Source of the DNA: Pseudovirgaria hyperparasitica
Lineage: Eukaryota
Assembly: GCA_010093815.1 (NCBI GenBank)
Contig: ML996570.1
Reading direction: 5' to 3' (one strand)
Length of the DNA: 64,000 nt
The position numbers and the translations under genes are program-made. The notes under the pieces were generated by a model, which made no database searches, was not told where the DNA came from, and saw only the letters and a program-made list of their open reading frames with translations. Below are positions 25,493-40,188 of this stretch, piece by piece. Numbering within the stretch: the stretch's first letter is position 1; each line of letters starts with the position of its first letter.

Positions 25493-26450
25493 ATAACAGA
25501 CAGAACCATCAGCATACCTACATTGGTACCCATTCATAGCTTGTGGCATACACCTGCCTGCTACGACCAAGTCATCGAACCTTTGAAGAAAGTGCGTGGC
25601 TCCATATGCACTGCCATCAGCCTCATGTCTACACAAGGTGACCCAGACACGACTTTGAGGATGACATTCGTGCAACCTATCACTCAGTAAATGTTGGGAT
25701 TGCATAAGTGCTCAGTGTGGTAGTCGTCGCTCGCTCGTACGGTGGTGTTGTTCGTAATAGTGTTGTCAAAGGACTGGCAGCGAGTCGCAAACCGAGCTGC
25801 ACTATGACTTTGACCACCCATAGCCATGGCCATGTCATCGGCCAGATCCTCATCGCATCCGGCTTCGATTTTACTGGTCTTTCTTCTTTCATGGACTCAA
25901 TACTTAGTATTCCACCACCTGCATAGCGCGTCACCAAAGCCACAAGATCTGCAGAACTTGAGAATTCACCATGTGACCTTTTTTACCACGATTCATCTGC
26001 CGAAGATGCGGAAGGTTGCACGATGCAGCGTCTCAACGCATTATTCGAAGGAGGTGAACATGCGCACACCGGTTGGAAGGATGCTCCTGTGTGGTACGTA
26101 GGCACGTCCGAACACCATGCCTTGTCGGTCGTAATGCAAAGAATCACGGTTGCAACGGCCAGAGGGATGGACGGTAACGTCGTTCACCGAGAGCGTAAGA
26201 GCAGTCATTCGCCATTTTTTTAAATATGCCTGATGATGTTGTGCATATCGTGCTGGATGCGGTGTGTGCCTTTACAGGACCAAAAGTCACTAGTACTACG
26301 GAGCAGCAGCGAGCGCAGTTGTATGTGAACCCCTCGTTGGAACTGTTCAACCCGGTGACAATGATACGTTTTGGATTGCCTATTGGATTCCGTAGGATCA
26401 TAGGCTGGGTGGCGTTTAGTGTTATCCTTATGAAGAGATTCCTGAGATGA
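25493..26450 (+). pseudogene. Alpha/beta-hydrolase (Abhydrolase_6-like) pseudogene
   Basis: Fragments PTLVPIHSLWHTPACY, VVVVARSYGG (degenerate AHSYGG), DLFYHD, GWKDAPVWY, SSHSPF. ATA in place of a start codon at 25493, stops at 25705 and 25924, frameshifts near 25655 and 26220. Confidence 0.8.
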
Positions 26451-26816
26451 AGGTAGTTGTACATCGCAAGGGCTTTTGTTGTTTCCTTGATGATAAACAG
26501 ATCTTATTGAACTCTCCTCTCATGCTAGGACCACTCTCTATTTCCTGGCTCTATTAATCTCAGTACTCTTATTAAGAGACTGATGCTTAGATTCCTCCAG
26601 AGTATGGCTTGCTCCAGGACTATTCTATATGGGTCTGGGAAGCTGTGTCAAATGCATTAAAGCAGATGCTTCTGCCCTCGGTCGTCAAATTAGTATGACT
26701 AACGAAGTCTGGGACCATACTGGTGAACAGTGTCAAAGATATGCGGGGTTGGTCGTGTCGACCATCAGGGCTGTATGATTGCATCGTCGGCCTCATAATG
26801 CTCTACATCTGCGGGC

Positions 26817-27376
26817 TCATAGGTATTTCTTTGCCGAAGCAGCGACTCGTGACCTGAAAACTGGGCTGCGAACAGGTGTGTCTACTCTCCAGAATGGGTT
26901 CATTATAGTCTTGACCCAGGAATCATACACATCGTTGAAAAAGTTCTTGATTGCCTCGTCTGTCGCAGCTGGTGTTGTACTCGTAGGGGCGTTACGGTTT
27001 GCTGTCAGAGAGGACGGATTTGAAGTGGTAGAAATGTTATTCGGTTGGTGGAGTAGGAGAAATTTGGCATTGGCAGCAGTGATGAAGGCAGATATTGTGC
27101 TTCCCGTTGGCGGGTACCGGTCTATGGTCTTTAGGTACCTGCGATGTCCATTGTAAGAAGAGGGCTATGGGGAAGGTCTGGAGAATCTCACATTTGGCCA
27201 CCTGCCCATTGGACTTCTTCTAGGATATCCAGACTTGCATGCGCGACAAACTGGTTCATGTGACGAGTGTCTTCGCGGAATCGAGAGATGCCGTCTCCGC
27301 CTTGCCTGTATGTTCCGAATTCATGCTCGAATAATGGGTTGTCCTTGGTACCAATGATGACAAAGTAGTAAGACAT
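26817..27376 (-). CDS. TRS20: TRAPP complex subunit Trs20/Sedlin (TRAPPC2)
   Basis: MSYYFVIIGTKDNPLFEHEF...MNQFVAHASLDILEEVQW; intron 27139-27191; exon 2 YLKTID...IKNFFNDVYDSWVKTIMNPF...RSPVFRSRVAASAKKYL. Confidence 0.93.
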
Positions 27377-27607
27377 TGCGATCTCAATGCGAGTAGCCAG
27401 TACGTGTCTGGGAGTCGTTGTCTTACGATGTCAATAAATAGGAATCAACTCCGCTTCCACGTTGGAGCTCACTTCGGTAGAAGGCGCTACTCCACAAGTA
27501 GCCTAGTATTGTGATCTAAGCTTCCAGGTTCCGACTAAGGACGTCGAGAAGCGATTTGATCATCTTTTGACGACATTAACCACATTACCGTAAACCTCAT
27601 TTTGAGA

Positions 27608-28065
27608 ATGTTCGGACCATTCAGAGCTACTCAATCGCTCAGTGTTGGTCTTCTCTGGTTCGGGGTTCCAAACCAACTACAATTTCGTCATCGCTAACAC
27701 CCTTTCCGCAGGAAGATCCCCTGGCGACTCTCCCCAACCCAAAAAGCGCGACAACGTAAGCGCCTCCGAAGAGTAGACGATGTTGTTGCAACACTTGATC
27801 ACGCATTGGCGAAGTTAAGAATGAGCACAAAGAAGCTTGAACGTTGGAAGGAGGAAATGCCGCGAGAAGAAGAGATGCTCCCAAAGGACAAATACACGGT
27901 GTTCGATCGGAAAGAGAAAAAGTACAGGAAAGCACTACACAGTACGTAATTCCATAAAGTGTAGTCAACCTCAGAGACGCTCTGACTGAAAGATGTCTAA
28001 CGCTTCACGTAGAATTACCCAAGTGGACGAGAGTTTCGCAACGACTAAATCCACCTGGGTTTTAA
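27608..28065 (+). CDS. MRPL31: Mitochondrial large ribosomal subunit protein MrpL31 (mL60); not in the ORF track
   Basis: Three exons (introns 27658-27711, 27942-28012) give [39 protein letters not shown]...MLPKDKYTVFDRKEKKYRKALHKLPKWTRVSQRLNPPGF. Confidence 0.93.
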
Positions 28066-28809
28066 ATAATTCACTCGTGTATTATAACGTCTGAGTACTG
28101 TATCAAGAATCAAAGAGCAGGTGTACATATAATGGCACCGATGATATATATTACCTGTTTCAACGATACGAGTCTGCATAATCCGTTCGCATCTTGAGAT
28201 GCAGGAAACTGCAAGGGTCGCCGTGCTGAAAGTATCGATCAAGTGTTTATCAACATGGAGATCTGCGAGAGCTTGGTAGCACTGCGGTGGGAAAGACCGG
28301 CTACGAGTCAAGGTTAACGGAAAGGCATGATGATCAAATCATTCCGAGAATCCATTTTTTAATTGTTGAATCGGACAGTTGGACTATTATTAGGCATTCG
28401 TCTGCCCAAGTAGCACCAGAGGAGTACTGAACATCGTTGCCACCAGAGTCAGCATGTTCCACAAGTCAGACAGAGTAGAGTATATCGAGGCTCGTGCATG
28501 CCATCGTCAACCGCACCTTCTCGCTATGGTGTAACGATCTCGGGGCTCTCGACCTAGGTACTCTAGGAGGTACTTTCCAAGCTAACGCATCGGATTTGTT
28601 ACGTAGATCAGGGCTCGTATACTGCCAGTGAGTATTCTGAGCGCGGCATAAATTATCCTGCTGCACTACTTTTTATCCTCTTAGACCTATCCCAATCCCA
28701 CTCCTACAGTTTGATCCTACATTCCGCTTATAGTACTTATTTCTTCAGCGTACCTGTTAGTGGCACAAACTAATTGCCGCTCGTCTACTTGCCCCGCTAC
28801 CCAAAATTG

Positions 28810-29199
28810 ATGACGGAGTATTGCGAAACTACTAGACCAAGCTCTCTCCTCTCGAAGGTCCGATATCAATTCAGAGTGGTGTGGTATCGTCAAGAAGTTA
28901 CTTTGCCGTTCTACATGCTTGAATCATGGGAGCGCGGACTGGTTTATCTTACGCTCATATCGATCGCAAGCCTTCTAGGCTATACTGTGCGATCTTTCAT
29001 ACTACCTGTTCTTATCACTTGTGTTCGGACCATTCTTCTTGAAATGAATATGTCGACTGAGGCGACTAAGATGTCAATTTCTGAGCATCCAGGATGTGAA
29101 TATGTCGAAGTCGTCAGAGATGCGGCTGCGCTTTTGCATTGTGAGCCTTGGGAACGTTTCGAGAACTCATCCTTGTCCTGGGTCATTTTCGACGTATGA
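28810..29199 (+). CDS. Serine palmitoyltransferase small subunit-like protein (DUF3317/SPT_ssu)
   Basis: WYRQEVTLPFYMLESWERGLVY matches the YxYEVTxxxYMLxPxEK pattern and is followed by a TM helix. Confidence 0.6.
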   Translation: MTEYCETTRPSSLLSKVRYQFRVVWYRQEVTLPFYMLESWERGLVYLTLISIASLLGYTVRSFILPVLITCVRTILLEMNMSTEATKMSISEHPGCEYVEVVRDAAALLHCEPWERFENSSLSWVIFDV

Positions 29200-32100
29200 G
29201 AACCTATTCCGACTTTATCAAACGGCCTTCCTTCTTCGAGTACGTAAAACAGATGCAGTTTTAAGGTTCTTTGGAGATAATTAGGACGCAGAACCCAAGA
29301 CAAAAATCACATCAGCGTCGACAAATGTTCGAACTTACCGTAATCGCACTAAGAAACCACGGACCAACAGCGAAAAGTAATGATCTGCTGATTGTCGAAT
29401 CGCCATATCTGTACGAGCTCATAGAAGCGTCGCTTGCACGAGATTAGAGCCGAAATCCACCACCAACGAGGCAACATTCCGATCCTTTGCGACCATGAGA
29501 ACAGAGACGTACCGGGGCAGATGTGTTGATATGGCTAAAACTCGATAGATCTGTCAGCAGCCATTCAGATAGACGAATAAAGGGTCCTTTGCCGGGCGGT
29601 GAGTCTTTTGGTAAGCCATTGGAATCGTAGTGATCATCGTTTTGTGCTTGAATATACTTTGGCTAACACGCGCATTCGGAACAATATGGGTGCCGTTGAT
29701 GTCTGATTAGCTCGTCATAATGGAGACTTTGTAGATCTTCATCCGTGCTGATCGGAGCTGCTTAGCAAATGTGAAACCCTGTTGGACCCTGGACCAGTCA
29801 CAAATACTGCCGCACCCCAATCCTTGTCTTCAGTTTCGCTTTATGTCTTCACTCACCATCCATACTGGTCTCTTGCACATTATACCTTCTCGGTGTGTTA
29901 GCAGGTCCGATATCGAAAAGCTTGCTGACTTCGCTGCATGAAGTGTGAGATGCAATCCGTAATCCTGGCAAAGACGTACATCACTAATGATAAGTAGAAA
30001 CGCCCTCGCTGACTGAATGAGACAAGGAGCGACCTGTGTCAGCATCAGACCATGACGCCGACCCCAAGCACACGTCAATTGGGTTTCCAAGACAATACAA
30101 TTGGTAGGCGGAAGCTCGGAAGGGTTGCCGAGACCTATATATGGAGGCAATCATATTCACCAGGTACCTGGAAGGGACCGGACTGTTAAGATGGCTATAC
30201 TTCTCAGGAATTCCAGCGTTGTACACCTCATCCAGGTCCTTTGCTACATGGATAGCAAAATACAATCGCACCACTATATCAGATCCTAAGCTGATTCCGT
30301 TGAGTTTTAAATATCTTGCATCCCGGTAGAAACCACCCGGAACAAAAAGTGCTGGACCAGAGAATCCGCCTATTATGGTAGGTTGTACATTTGCCATATA
30401 GGACAAAACACTGGCATTCCTGACGACCTGTGATGGAACCTGCGGATTGCCATCCTATCTTTCTGGAGAATGTTGTATCACAAGACAGTCTCATGAACGA
30501 ATTCATAGCAGGACGCAACTTTTCCAGCCACTAGCTTTTTCTGGCGCAACAAGTCTGGCCACTCTCTCCTCGGACCTGTTCGCATGCCGATATTTTTAGG
30601 CCTTGGCAATAGGACCACAAAAACCACTCTCGGCGAAGAAATGTGTTGAAGTATTGAAACTTCCATATGAAACCTTTACACGTCCGGTGGCTTCCGCTGT
30701 GGTCCGGATGTTCCCAACTGGCAACGTGATCACGATCCATGGTTCAGCTCGACAAAACTCCCGCATAAACCGCCGTGTCGCATTTAGGACAGAGTGAATT
30801 ATCATCCACTTCGTGGATAGATTTTCACGGCGTGTGGAAATATGAGCTAAGCGATCACCACTACACCGAAAAGCATCCTGGGGTTAGGTTCGAAGGCAAC
30901 AAATCATGAGATTAGTACACCTACACCTTCTATGAATGGGAGTGGATCAACACCACAATAATGGCCACAATGTCCAAGGTAACAACACCTAATCAATCGA
31001 AGGCAGAACCTCCTTGATTACCACGGAAGCATGCTATCATTTACCTCCTGTTGTCCCTGGCCTCCTTGCGGAATTCTCGTTAGATTGGATACTCAGGTCT
31101 CTTCACACAGGTATCTCGGGGGTTTTCGTAACCATATTTCCTGCCACAATGCCATGTATAAGAGCGACTTCCCATGGATTTAGCAAGGATTGTCCAAGGT
31201 ATTAGAAGGTGCCTGTTTCGTTGCGAGTTGGCTGCCGTAGGAAATGTTTGCCGAAACACTCGGTTCACGAATTCACGAGGCAATCTTTAGCCCCCTGGCC
31301 GAGGACCAAAAATAACTCTGCATGATGGACTCTCAATTCCTCCTCGCTATCCTCATCACATCGAGACGAATTAGTAAGGGACTTCGTTCCGGAACTTGGG
31401 CTGGTTCATACCTGGCCACTTCAGCTGATGCCTTGTCATCGTTGAACTCATCCGTTCTGGCCTCATATCGGAGCACTACTGCAAGTCGTATAGGCCCCGC
31501 ACGAACCAAAAGAGCTCCTGATATTCCACACGAAGGTTATCCTTACGGTTCGACTTCCTAGTCCTAGTCTTCTAGCGATCAACGCAATAGTCGAAAGTCC
31601 GACCTAAATTCGAGCTCGGATCACTTACTCACAATAGTATCCGTCACTTCCATGCGACAATGCGACGACAACAAGCTAGTATACGTCTTGGTAGCACGAC
31701 TGAAGTTTTCCATTTCAGGTGAGTCTGATCATCCGTCAAAGTGTTCCAACTAATGTCAAGCTATCCCTACTGCCTACATGATCTCATCCCCAGTACCTGA
31801 TTCTTCCGCTCTTTACCATCAAATCAAATCTCATGTACTCCTGGAACTACGTGTAAATTCTGACTCATAGGTATACTCTCTCATTTGCTCGTTTGCTTCA
31901 TTCACTCACAACATTTCCATTGCGAGGAGCCGTTGCAAGTGGATACTACTTCTCTACCTCCGGGTTTCTGTCCTTGGTGACAGCTCTTTCCTATTTACCT
32001 CTCCTACACCCACAAGTCCCAAAGGTTACTGCTCTGTAGCCAAATTTCTCTGCTCTCGCTGTCTGGTTACACCAATGCTCATGCACACAACAATTTCGAG

Positions 32101-33593
32101 TATTGTTTTCAAGCACTGTTTGCAAGTACGAAATCATGTTTTTCGAAGACTGGCATGATGTCTTCACATGCACTAATTGGTTGCTGACGCGTCGCTGCTT
32201 CAGCTCGGTTCGAAATCGCCGATGCCTGTGTTCTCGGTAATATTAGAATATTCTGTTCAGACGTCGCAAGATTGGCCTACACTATCATGAATTCATACTT
32301 CGATGCCGTCATTGCTCTCCATAAGATCAAGACAAGTCGATCTGATGTGGGAATACTATCGAGACGGGAAACCATCCGCAAGAACGAAGATTCGTCGAAC
32401 AGGGTCACGCCACTGTCACCTGGATGAACATGGACGGGTCCAAGAGCAAGCTTTACTAGACAGGAGTAAAGCAACTAAATATTACCCTTCGATTATGCTT
32501 CGAGTAATCGTCGATGCTGAACACGTGTTATTACGACTTAGCGTTCTAGTAAGTATCTCTACAAGCCCGCATACCACATATACTTACCAATATACGTAGA
32601 GCTTCATTCAGTCTACAAGGCGGTCACATCCGCATGACTTGAGAGTTATCTGGTCGACCACAGCCGATACTTTTCGGGCCTCACCTTTCGATGTCTGAAA
32701 TCATTGGTATTTATGTCAATATGTACAAGGGGTGTGCGATGCAGTCAGGGGGTGGTGCAGGTACATGACGATACGGGCAGTGTATTTGGATCATTTTTGA
32801 TGTTTCGTAGCCTGCTCAAACAAGATATATTTGCGGTTAGTTGAGTTGATAGTCGACACGTACTGATCCATGTTGCCGATGCTCCGCCATCAACCCATGA
32901 GAGATCCAGTCGGGTTGTAACCGATGTTCGACGCGAATATATATACATATAACCACGTTCTCAAAAGTTCACTGAAGGGGTTTACAAGAATAGCTATTTT
33001 ATGCATTCGTGGGGTGCGCTGGCGCGGAAGCTTATCAGTTATTGCTGCGCAGGGATTGAAGTCAGTCACTAGACATACATGTCAAGAAGGCAAGTAACAG
33101 TGAAGGCCTCCTTGGAAGCGATACAGTCTGGACTTACGGCGCAGCACCTAGGACACGGGTGGAGATCATGCAGCCAAGCTTTCAGGCATTAACTCATCCC
33201 TGGGGGTGGTCCACAATAGAGTTTGACTGGGCGCGAGATCCGGGTTCTTCTTACGGGTTGGGATCGATAGGCGAATAGATAAGGTTGGGAGGCACAGCAC
33301 AACTCCTGCAGTTTGCCGATCAGCTTCCTCATGGGTGTTGTTGTACCTGGTACTGACTACCTTTGCTATGGCCAATAGAATTTTTTGAGATTTTTGCAAT
33401 TACAGCTGCATTATCTTCCGCGATCTGGTTGGGCCCAAGTATGGTGCGAGTCGTGGTATATGTACTTCTCTATGTACAAAGAAAGTCGTAGCCGTCGAGG
33501 CATGTAGTGACTGATGCTAGCGTTTTGATATATTTACACGAAGAAAGTCGTGACCGTTGAGGCGTGTGGGGGTGTCCGGTGCGTCCGCTTCAA

Positions 33594-35018
33594 TTACCAG
33601 CTCTCCTTGCGCGTCATGCGCTCTATCGCACGTGTCTTCCGCGCTTCAATCTCTGCGATCTTGCGCTGCACTTCAAGGGATGTCTGGTTTCGTGTCTGTT
33701 CGATAGTATCTATATCAGCGGTCTTCGTGCTTGTACCTTGACTGGCGGTGCGCTTCGGCGAGTCGCTGACTGAGTCGCATTTCCAGTGATCGAAACCTTG
33801 CTCGGGATCAACTAATGTTACCGGGCTCATGGCATGCAAGGGAAGCTCTTCGGACGGCGTGCTGGTCGTGACAGCACGGCCGATTTCAATGCTGCGTAGT
33901 CTCTTCGGGGTGAGCTCTATTCGGCGATCAAATTCGACAGGGACAGTAGTGTGTGATTTCGAGCTGTATAGGCGACGTGAGCCTTCGGCGTAGTGGCTGA
34001 TTGGGCCCCTCCAGGCGCGGAGTAAGGGGCGGAGGGTTGCGAGAGAAGAAGCTGTAATAGCAAGACCGACTTCAAGAACGGACCAGGTGGCAATGTCAAC
34101 AGTAGAGTCTTCCATAGTCAGCATGCGGACCTGTGTGCAGAGACGATGACTTACAAAGAAAGTCTGGTGATCCCAAATGGTGAAGGTAGAACATGCGGAC
34201 GAGAGGACAACATCCAGCACTGGACCAGTCAGTATATAAATTCGCCAGAAGTGGAGAGAAGAGACATACAATCCGGCCATGCCTAGTATTGGAACAAGGC
34301 CAAATTTCTTTAGTCTGGTCATGTCTAAGTTCCAGACCAATACGGCAGGTAAAGCCACGAAAATCATATCGCATGCTGCACATGCTGCACCATAGAGATA
34401 TCCCAGATCGATCATGATTTGATTTGGGATGCAGTGTCCTTCAGACCCTGGATAGACCTTTTTCCAGTAGTACGATACAGGGGTACACTGAAACGCTACC
34501 ACACAGATAAAGGCCGTGCCTGACACCATGTTTGAAGTGACCGTAAAGAAAACGAGGTATCGTTGCCATCGAACAACGGTGATACGTAGGAAGAAGAAGC
34601 CAACGGATATTCGTGCAATCGTGAGTACAGTCCCGTACAGGAGGTAGCAGAGCCACCACAACTGTGAAAGTTGGTCAGGAATTTTGCCTTATTACGAGCC
34701 ATTCGGTAACATACCAGATACGCTATCTCGGCGTCGTCATCGCTGATGTCTGTACGGTGTTTTCCTACGCCGAATATCGTGCTTCCAATTGAGCACCCCA
34801 TATGACCCATAAAAACACACTGTGTATACGTCAGATCCACGAACATAAATGCAATAGACTATCACACTCACCAAGGCGACAATAATAAGCCAGTCATCTG
34901 TTCCAAATGCCCGTACGATTTGTTTGCGCACATAGACTCGCAGCAGAGTCGAAACAACGGATGTAAACAATAAAACAGCTGAAGCAACGCATAAAGACAA
35001 TGCTCGGCCAGCAGCCAT
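33594..35018 (-). CDS. PTH11-like (fungal rhodopsin-domain) integral membrane protein without CFEM
   Basis: LRVYVRKQIVRAFGTDDWL, GVGKH, FQCTPVSYYW, ACDMIFVALP, WSVLEVGLAITASSLATLRPL; five exons with canonical introns. Confidence 0.9.
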
Positions 35019-38000
35019 GTCGTTAGGCGCACCTCGTGTGTCGTGTGCTCGATTTTGTATAGTCTTCGCTCATGCCATAGAAGTCTCGCAACATTCCTCC
35101 TCTTGAGTAAGATTTTCGTCCCGTTTCTTTATGGCACTCAGTCTCCACAAAGCACATGTGAGGGTATTAGGAGTCGTGAATTGCTTCACGAACGTCTCTA
35201 CAGCAGAAGGAGAAGTAAGGTACGAGGCAACAATGCGGGACTGGGGTAATCATATGATAGCCTAGCAGCGCGCAAAGGCCAGTATTAGTGGTACCGTAGG
35301 ATTGTGGAAGTGGCACTGTACGTTTTTGACGGCTAGAGCCCAGTATGACAGGGATCCGCATATGTCCGTGCCTGACATCCTGGGAAAAACGTCAATCTTT
35401 GCTGTGCTGGGGAATAAGTAGTACGACTCAGTCAGTCAGAGGCCAACGATCTACAACCGCTCTCCCGCCATCAATTCGTTAACCTTATTTAGACTCGCTG
35501 GTGTGACAAATTAGGGTTAACAAGACCTGCATATGCATGCAAGAGGGTGACTTTTTACACCTCTTTACAGCGTAAATGTTAACCGAAGATGTATGCATGT
35601 GCTGTGGAGTCAGTTCGCAGTCTCGAAGATAACTCTTCGAGTTCGAGGAACCCCAAAGGCAATGTTTCAGGATTGCTCCATGCGCTTTTGGTGGCGATTA
35701 GTCTATTGGCAGCATGCAAATGGCGCCATGGGGGAATAGGTGATTGGTATCGGTAGCATTGAGCTTTCGAAGGCTGGAATTCAAGGGATTTCTTGGTAGG
35801 TGGGTGCCACTACATCGGGGGAGTACAGCCGTAGCTGGGTTTATCCTAGTCGTATCTTTTGATTGGCTGCAAGATGGTGGATCGACGTGTGCCTGACAGG
35901 GGCTACGTGCGTGGTTAGCCACTAGCCGATTTAGGGCCGTCCCCGCACCCGTAGCACCGGCACTCGGTGGTCTGGGTCCCCGTTCCCGCTCATTGCCGTG
36001 GAGACTCTCTGCCCGTGCTTCATCATGACATGTTGGGTTGACAGAAGCTAACAGTGTCGTTTACCAGCTGGGTTAATCCATGCCACAAAGCTGAACAGGC
36101 CTCGCCAAGTCCACTTCGACCGTTAACTACAATCTCACGAGATGCGGTAATCTTACCTCTTGCTGGTTCCCGCTGAACCTGACGTGTATCCTCCCACGCA
36201 GATGACTCGAGTGATGGTCGAAGATTGCGCAACAATCGACAGCACAATACGTGCGCGACTTTCGTCTATACCAAGTCCTATCATTTACATCACATGCACG
36301 CTACACGTTTCTTCACATCGGATCATCCTCTGTACTCGAGCTACCTTTCCAATCAGACCATCATCCTATGGTGGACCTGGGAGTCTATACTATAATCAGC
36401 ACCAAAATCCTCAGCGTTTCCTGGTAGGCAACCGGATGAGATGTGTGATGTAGCCTACGCAGGAAATACTCATGGTCATTGCGCCTGCGATGATCCACTT
36501 TAGGACATCAATTGACTATAGACTAGCCAAGTCCTGGTAGTCCGGGCTCAACAAAGAGTTCCTTCTCTTGAAATGCTATAGGAGAAGCATTGGGCTTCAC
36601 ACTGACCCAACCTATCAAATGACATTTGTAGCCTGGGCTATGTTTAGCTCTTATAATTTACCTACAATGTCAGCTGAGTGACATGGCAACCTCGCTGTCT
36701 ATATTAGTCATCGTGACTAACCTTCTGATCGCCCTTGAACATACAAGGGTTAGAGGCTGCACAAGTCTTCCTGTATGCTTATTTGCGAAGCTTAGAGTCC
36801 CCGCCGGAATCGCGTATGTATTCCGCTACTCTCGAATACATAATAGTACACCATCGGCGCGAACTTATATGACGAGGCTATGACTAAAGCGCCTTGGCGC
36901 GGGCCGTCAGATGTGTCAACGGAATTTTCAATCGGATAAGTCTCAACTTCCCATTCCTCTTACAGCACTAACCATTGTAGTAGCGTCTCGCTTGCGGAGC
37001 TTGCACTCCAAAGAATATTGCATATGTAAACTCTGCTCAATTAGCCCCTGATCATGCCTTCCAAGTTATACTGTATAATTACATGACAAGCACCCTGTCA
37101 AAAGATGGAAAATACTGAGTCGTCAATCGTACCTGGAACAGAGACTCCTCATGAGGCGTGCGGCTGATCGAACGACCCAGAAATGAATGAAAGGTCTGCA
37201 GCAGGCGAACTCACGTGGTGGATCATTAAGCATGCAATAAGTACTCGCACACCAGCGGTACCGCCTTCACATTATCATCGAAACGTCGATTGTGGTAAAC
37301 TCGTTGCTGCAGAAATGGATTGCATCAATCGCTGATCCGGCTCTACCTGACGCCGGGTCTCATGCAGGTTGCAAGGACTACTGTACTTATCTAGACTAAA
37401 GAAAGCTAGTACACCTTGTTGCATTGTGGATCAAGGAGAGTGGCATGGAGGTATTTCTTCTTTTCCTTCTTTCTTTATCTTGACACGTTCTGGGACACTG
37501 GCATTCCCCTGTCGTCATAGTGAAAGACACAGTTGTCCACTGAGTCACTATTTTCACTTTGCTGAACATGCCCTCATGAAGAATGCCATCATGTTTCCAC
37601 GCACATCAGTCTCTCGACTGTTTCACTCATCAATGTGTCCGTACTAGTATACGTACAAACTGCTAGAAGCCTAGACCTAACTAGGCACCATCGGTCTTAC
37701 ATTATACGGTATTAGAAATGTTCGTTAATTGATGGTCTGAGTCGAAAGCGGCTGCTAACAGCAGTTTGCACGAGAGCATGCATGTTTCAGGGGAGGCATC
37801 TTATACATGGGTCAGATGTCACAAATCGCAGTATGTTAGTACGATGTGGAGTCATGAAGAGATAGAGAAAGTTAGGTGTGATTAGGAATATGTTGTATTC
37901 CATACCATATACAAAACCAAACTTCGTTGCTATCCACGGACTCGCGATCCTTCCTCTCAGCTCTAGGGCAGAGTAGCTCTCAGGAGGGGCGCTGTTGTAG

Positions 38001-40188
38001 CCTCAGATGGCCTCAAATCACTATTTCATAGATGTATTGGGTATCATAATCTCTACGAACGCCTTTGACCTCTACTGAGTCATGCATATCTGCACCGACG
38101 CCAACTATACAAAGAATGCTTTCTCCTCTGGAGCCCGTTCGAGCTCCCTCCTCCCAACTAAATCATCTCTCTAGAATACGATCCGCCTTTATCACAATCG
38201 TCGTCATCGGTGCACCAATATCTCAGGTCCACCTCACTGCAGCGCGATATGAGAAGGCGCTTCTTTTGAAAGGATTTGAGGATTTTCTCGAGCTAGTCTT
38301 TGTAGTAGGTTGTTTCTTTTCGGATTCGTCGATGAGCGTCTTAGTGTCTGGGACAGTGTCAGCTTATACGTTGCTAAGGGTTCATGGAAGGATTGTACCG
38401 AAATCGGATGGCTGGCAGAGTCCACAGTCGCATTTGCGATGTGACGAGGGCGAATCGCCAAAGATGGTTTGCATTTGAGCGTAGAGCTCGGGAGACATGT
38501 TCATACTCGACATATTGATTGTAGTTTTGGTAGTGTAAAAATTCGTAAGATAGGATTACTATTTCCGAGTGTCGATGTCTGTGGGTTTTCACTTATCGAG
38601 TGTAACGAGACGATATTTACGACGTAGCGGTGCAGGTGATGTTCACGAGGATAATGACTCTTTCCCATGTTTCTTCGCGGGGCTCTCAAGCTTATATTTC
38701 CAACCCTCTCAGATGTGGCTTACATCCAGAACCTCTTTTACCAATTGCACGTCTATTTCAGCACATCACCAGAATTCGTCTGCGGGGCGTGCATCTCAGT
38801 GGCAATGATCGCTGTCCCCGGAACCAGGTTACACAGTCAGGCTGCAGATACTGGTCAAAAGTTCCAATCGCCATGCGTGACTTCCCGGTCGGCTGCTCGA
38901 GACAACGCCCATGAGCCAGGATCATGGTGGTTCTAGCCGAATAGGCAAGCCACACGAACGCCGGATTGAGTTGATGCCTTCAAACACGCGACGACTAGGC
39001 TTCTTGCGGAGTAGTAGGGCTCAACGTGCATTAAGCGAGAATGTCTGGATCGTGGTCGAATATGCAAAAGTTGATTTGCTTGCCAGCTATCAACATTTGC
39101 ATCCCGTGATATTATTATATATATATCGATATGTAGAGGCATCAGACGCTTCTCTCATAAGGAAGCGTGATCGCTGGGATGTATCAAGTCTGGATCGATT
39201 GGCGCTTGGATGGGTATGGATGCTTGCCAAGAAGATGTGTACGAGTTCGAAGTCTCGATGCATAGACATTGTTCTGGTCGAATTTGAGCTTTTGCACACA
39301 CAATGACAGACGTCCTTCGAAGGCTTGGTATTGCCGGGTCTGTTACTTGCCTCCATGCGGGACAAAGATTTGTGCTGGGACAGTCCTGACTCCTGGGTGG
39401 GGTCCGGCTTTCTACAGAGAACCTCGAGGACAGCCGTAGCCATGAGATGGCACTCATCATAAGAGTACAGTTCTTAATCAGAAGATCAATACAGTGAGAC
39501 GGAGCGAGGATGTTAATTTTCTCTGGCGCCGTTCTCTATATGCTTCCCATTGTCGTATCAGTGTGATGTGTTGTGGAAGGTTGCTTCGAGAGCGATTCCG
39601 TATGCCTGTTTCTTGGTACCAGGATAAATAGAGATGATCTACTTGTTCTTTTCCATACGTCGAATGTTCTCTAGTGGAAGACATCCATTGAGGTTTGAGC
39701 TAGGTTCAAATGTAGTGGGTTGACATACCGCGGATTCGGCTTAGGCTTAACGTCGTCCCATGGCATGAGTTGTTGCATGTGCTCGGCCTGTCGTCATTCG
39801 AAGCCTGTAGGCGTAAAAATCATACTAGTCAGCAGAAAGGCCACCAGCGAGATCACCAGCTGACCCACCAAGTAGGGCTTGAGCAGACGATACCTTTTGG
39901 TACGGAGCTCATGTGAACTAGTCGTGGGTTGGAATGGTACGCTCATAAACGTTGTAGTCGTAATCAAACCAACTCAGCATTATACATACTCATGCCTAAG
40001 GCAGCATAATACAAGCGAAGCCCCGCCATAGATATAAGCGAGATAAGAGGGTTGAGTGGGTCACGGCGCACTCCGTAACTCACATGCAGTCTCATGATAG
40101 AGACTCGGCCGACATGCGGCATGCGATCCCTTACCTAATCTGTGTGGCGGATTAGAGCTCCTCAGGCTATGATACCAATAAACACAAC

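Noticed and set aside
39090..39443. IHTH in a minus-strand ORF as an isoorotate decarboxylase remnant
   Set aside because: The flanking residues do not match the amidohydrolase DIHTHxYP context; probably chance.
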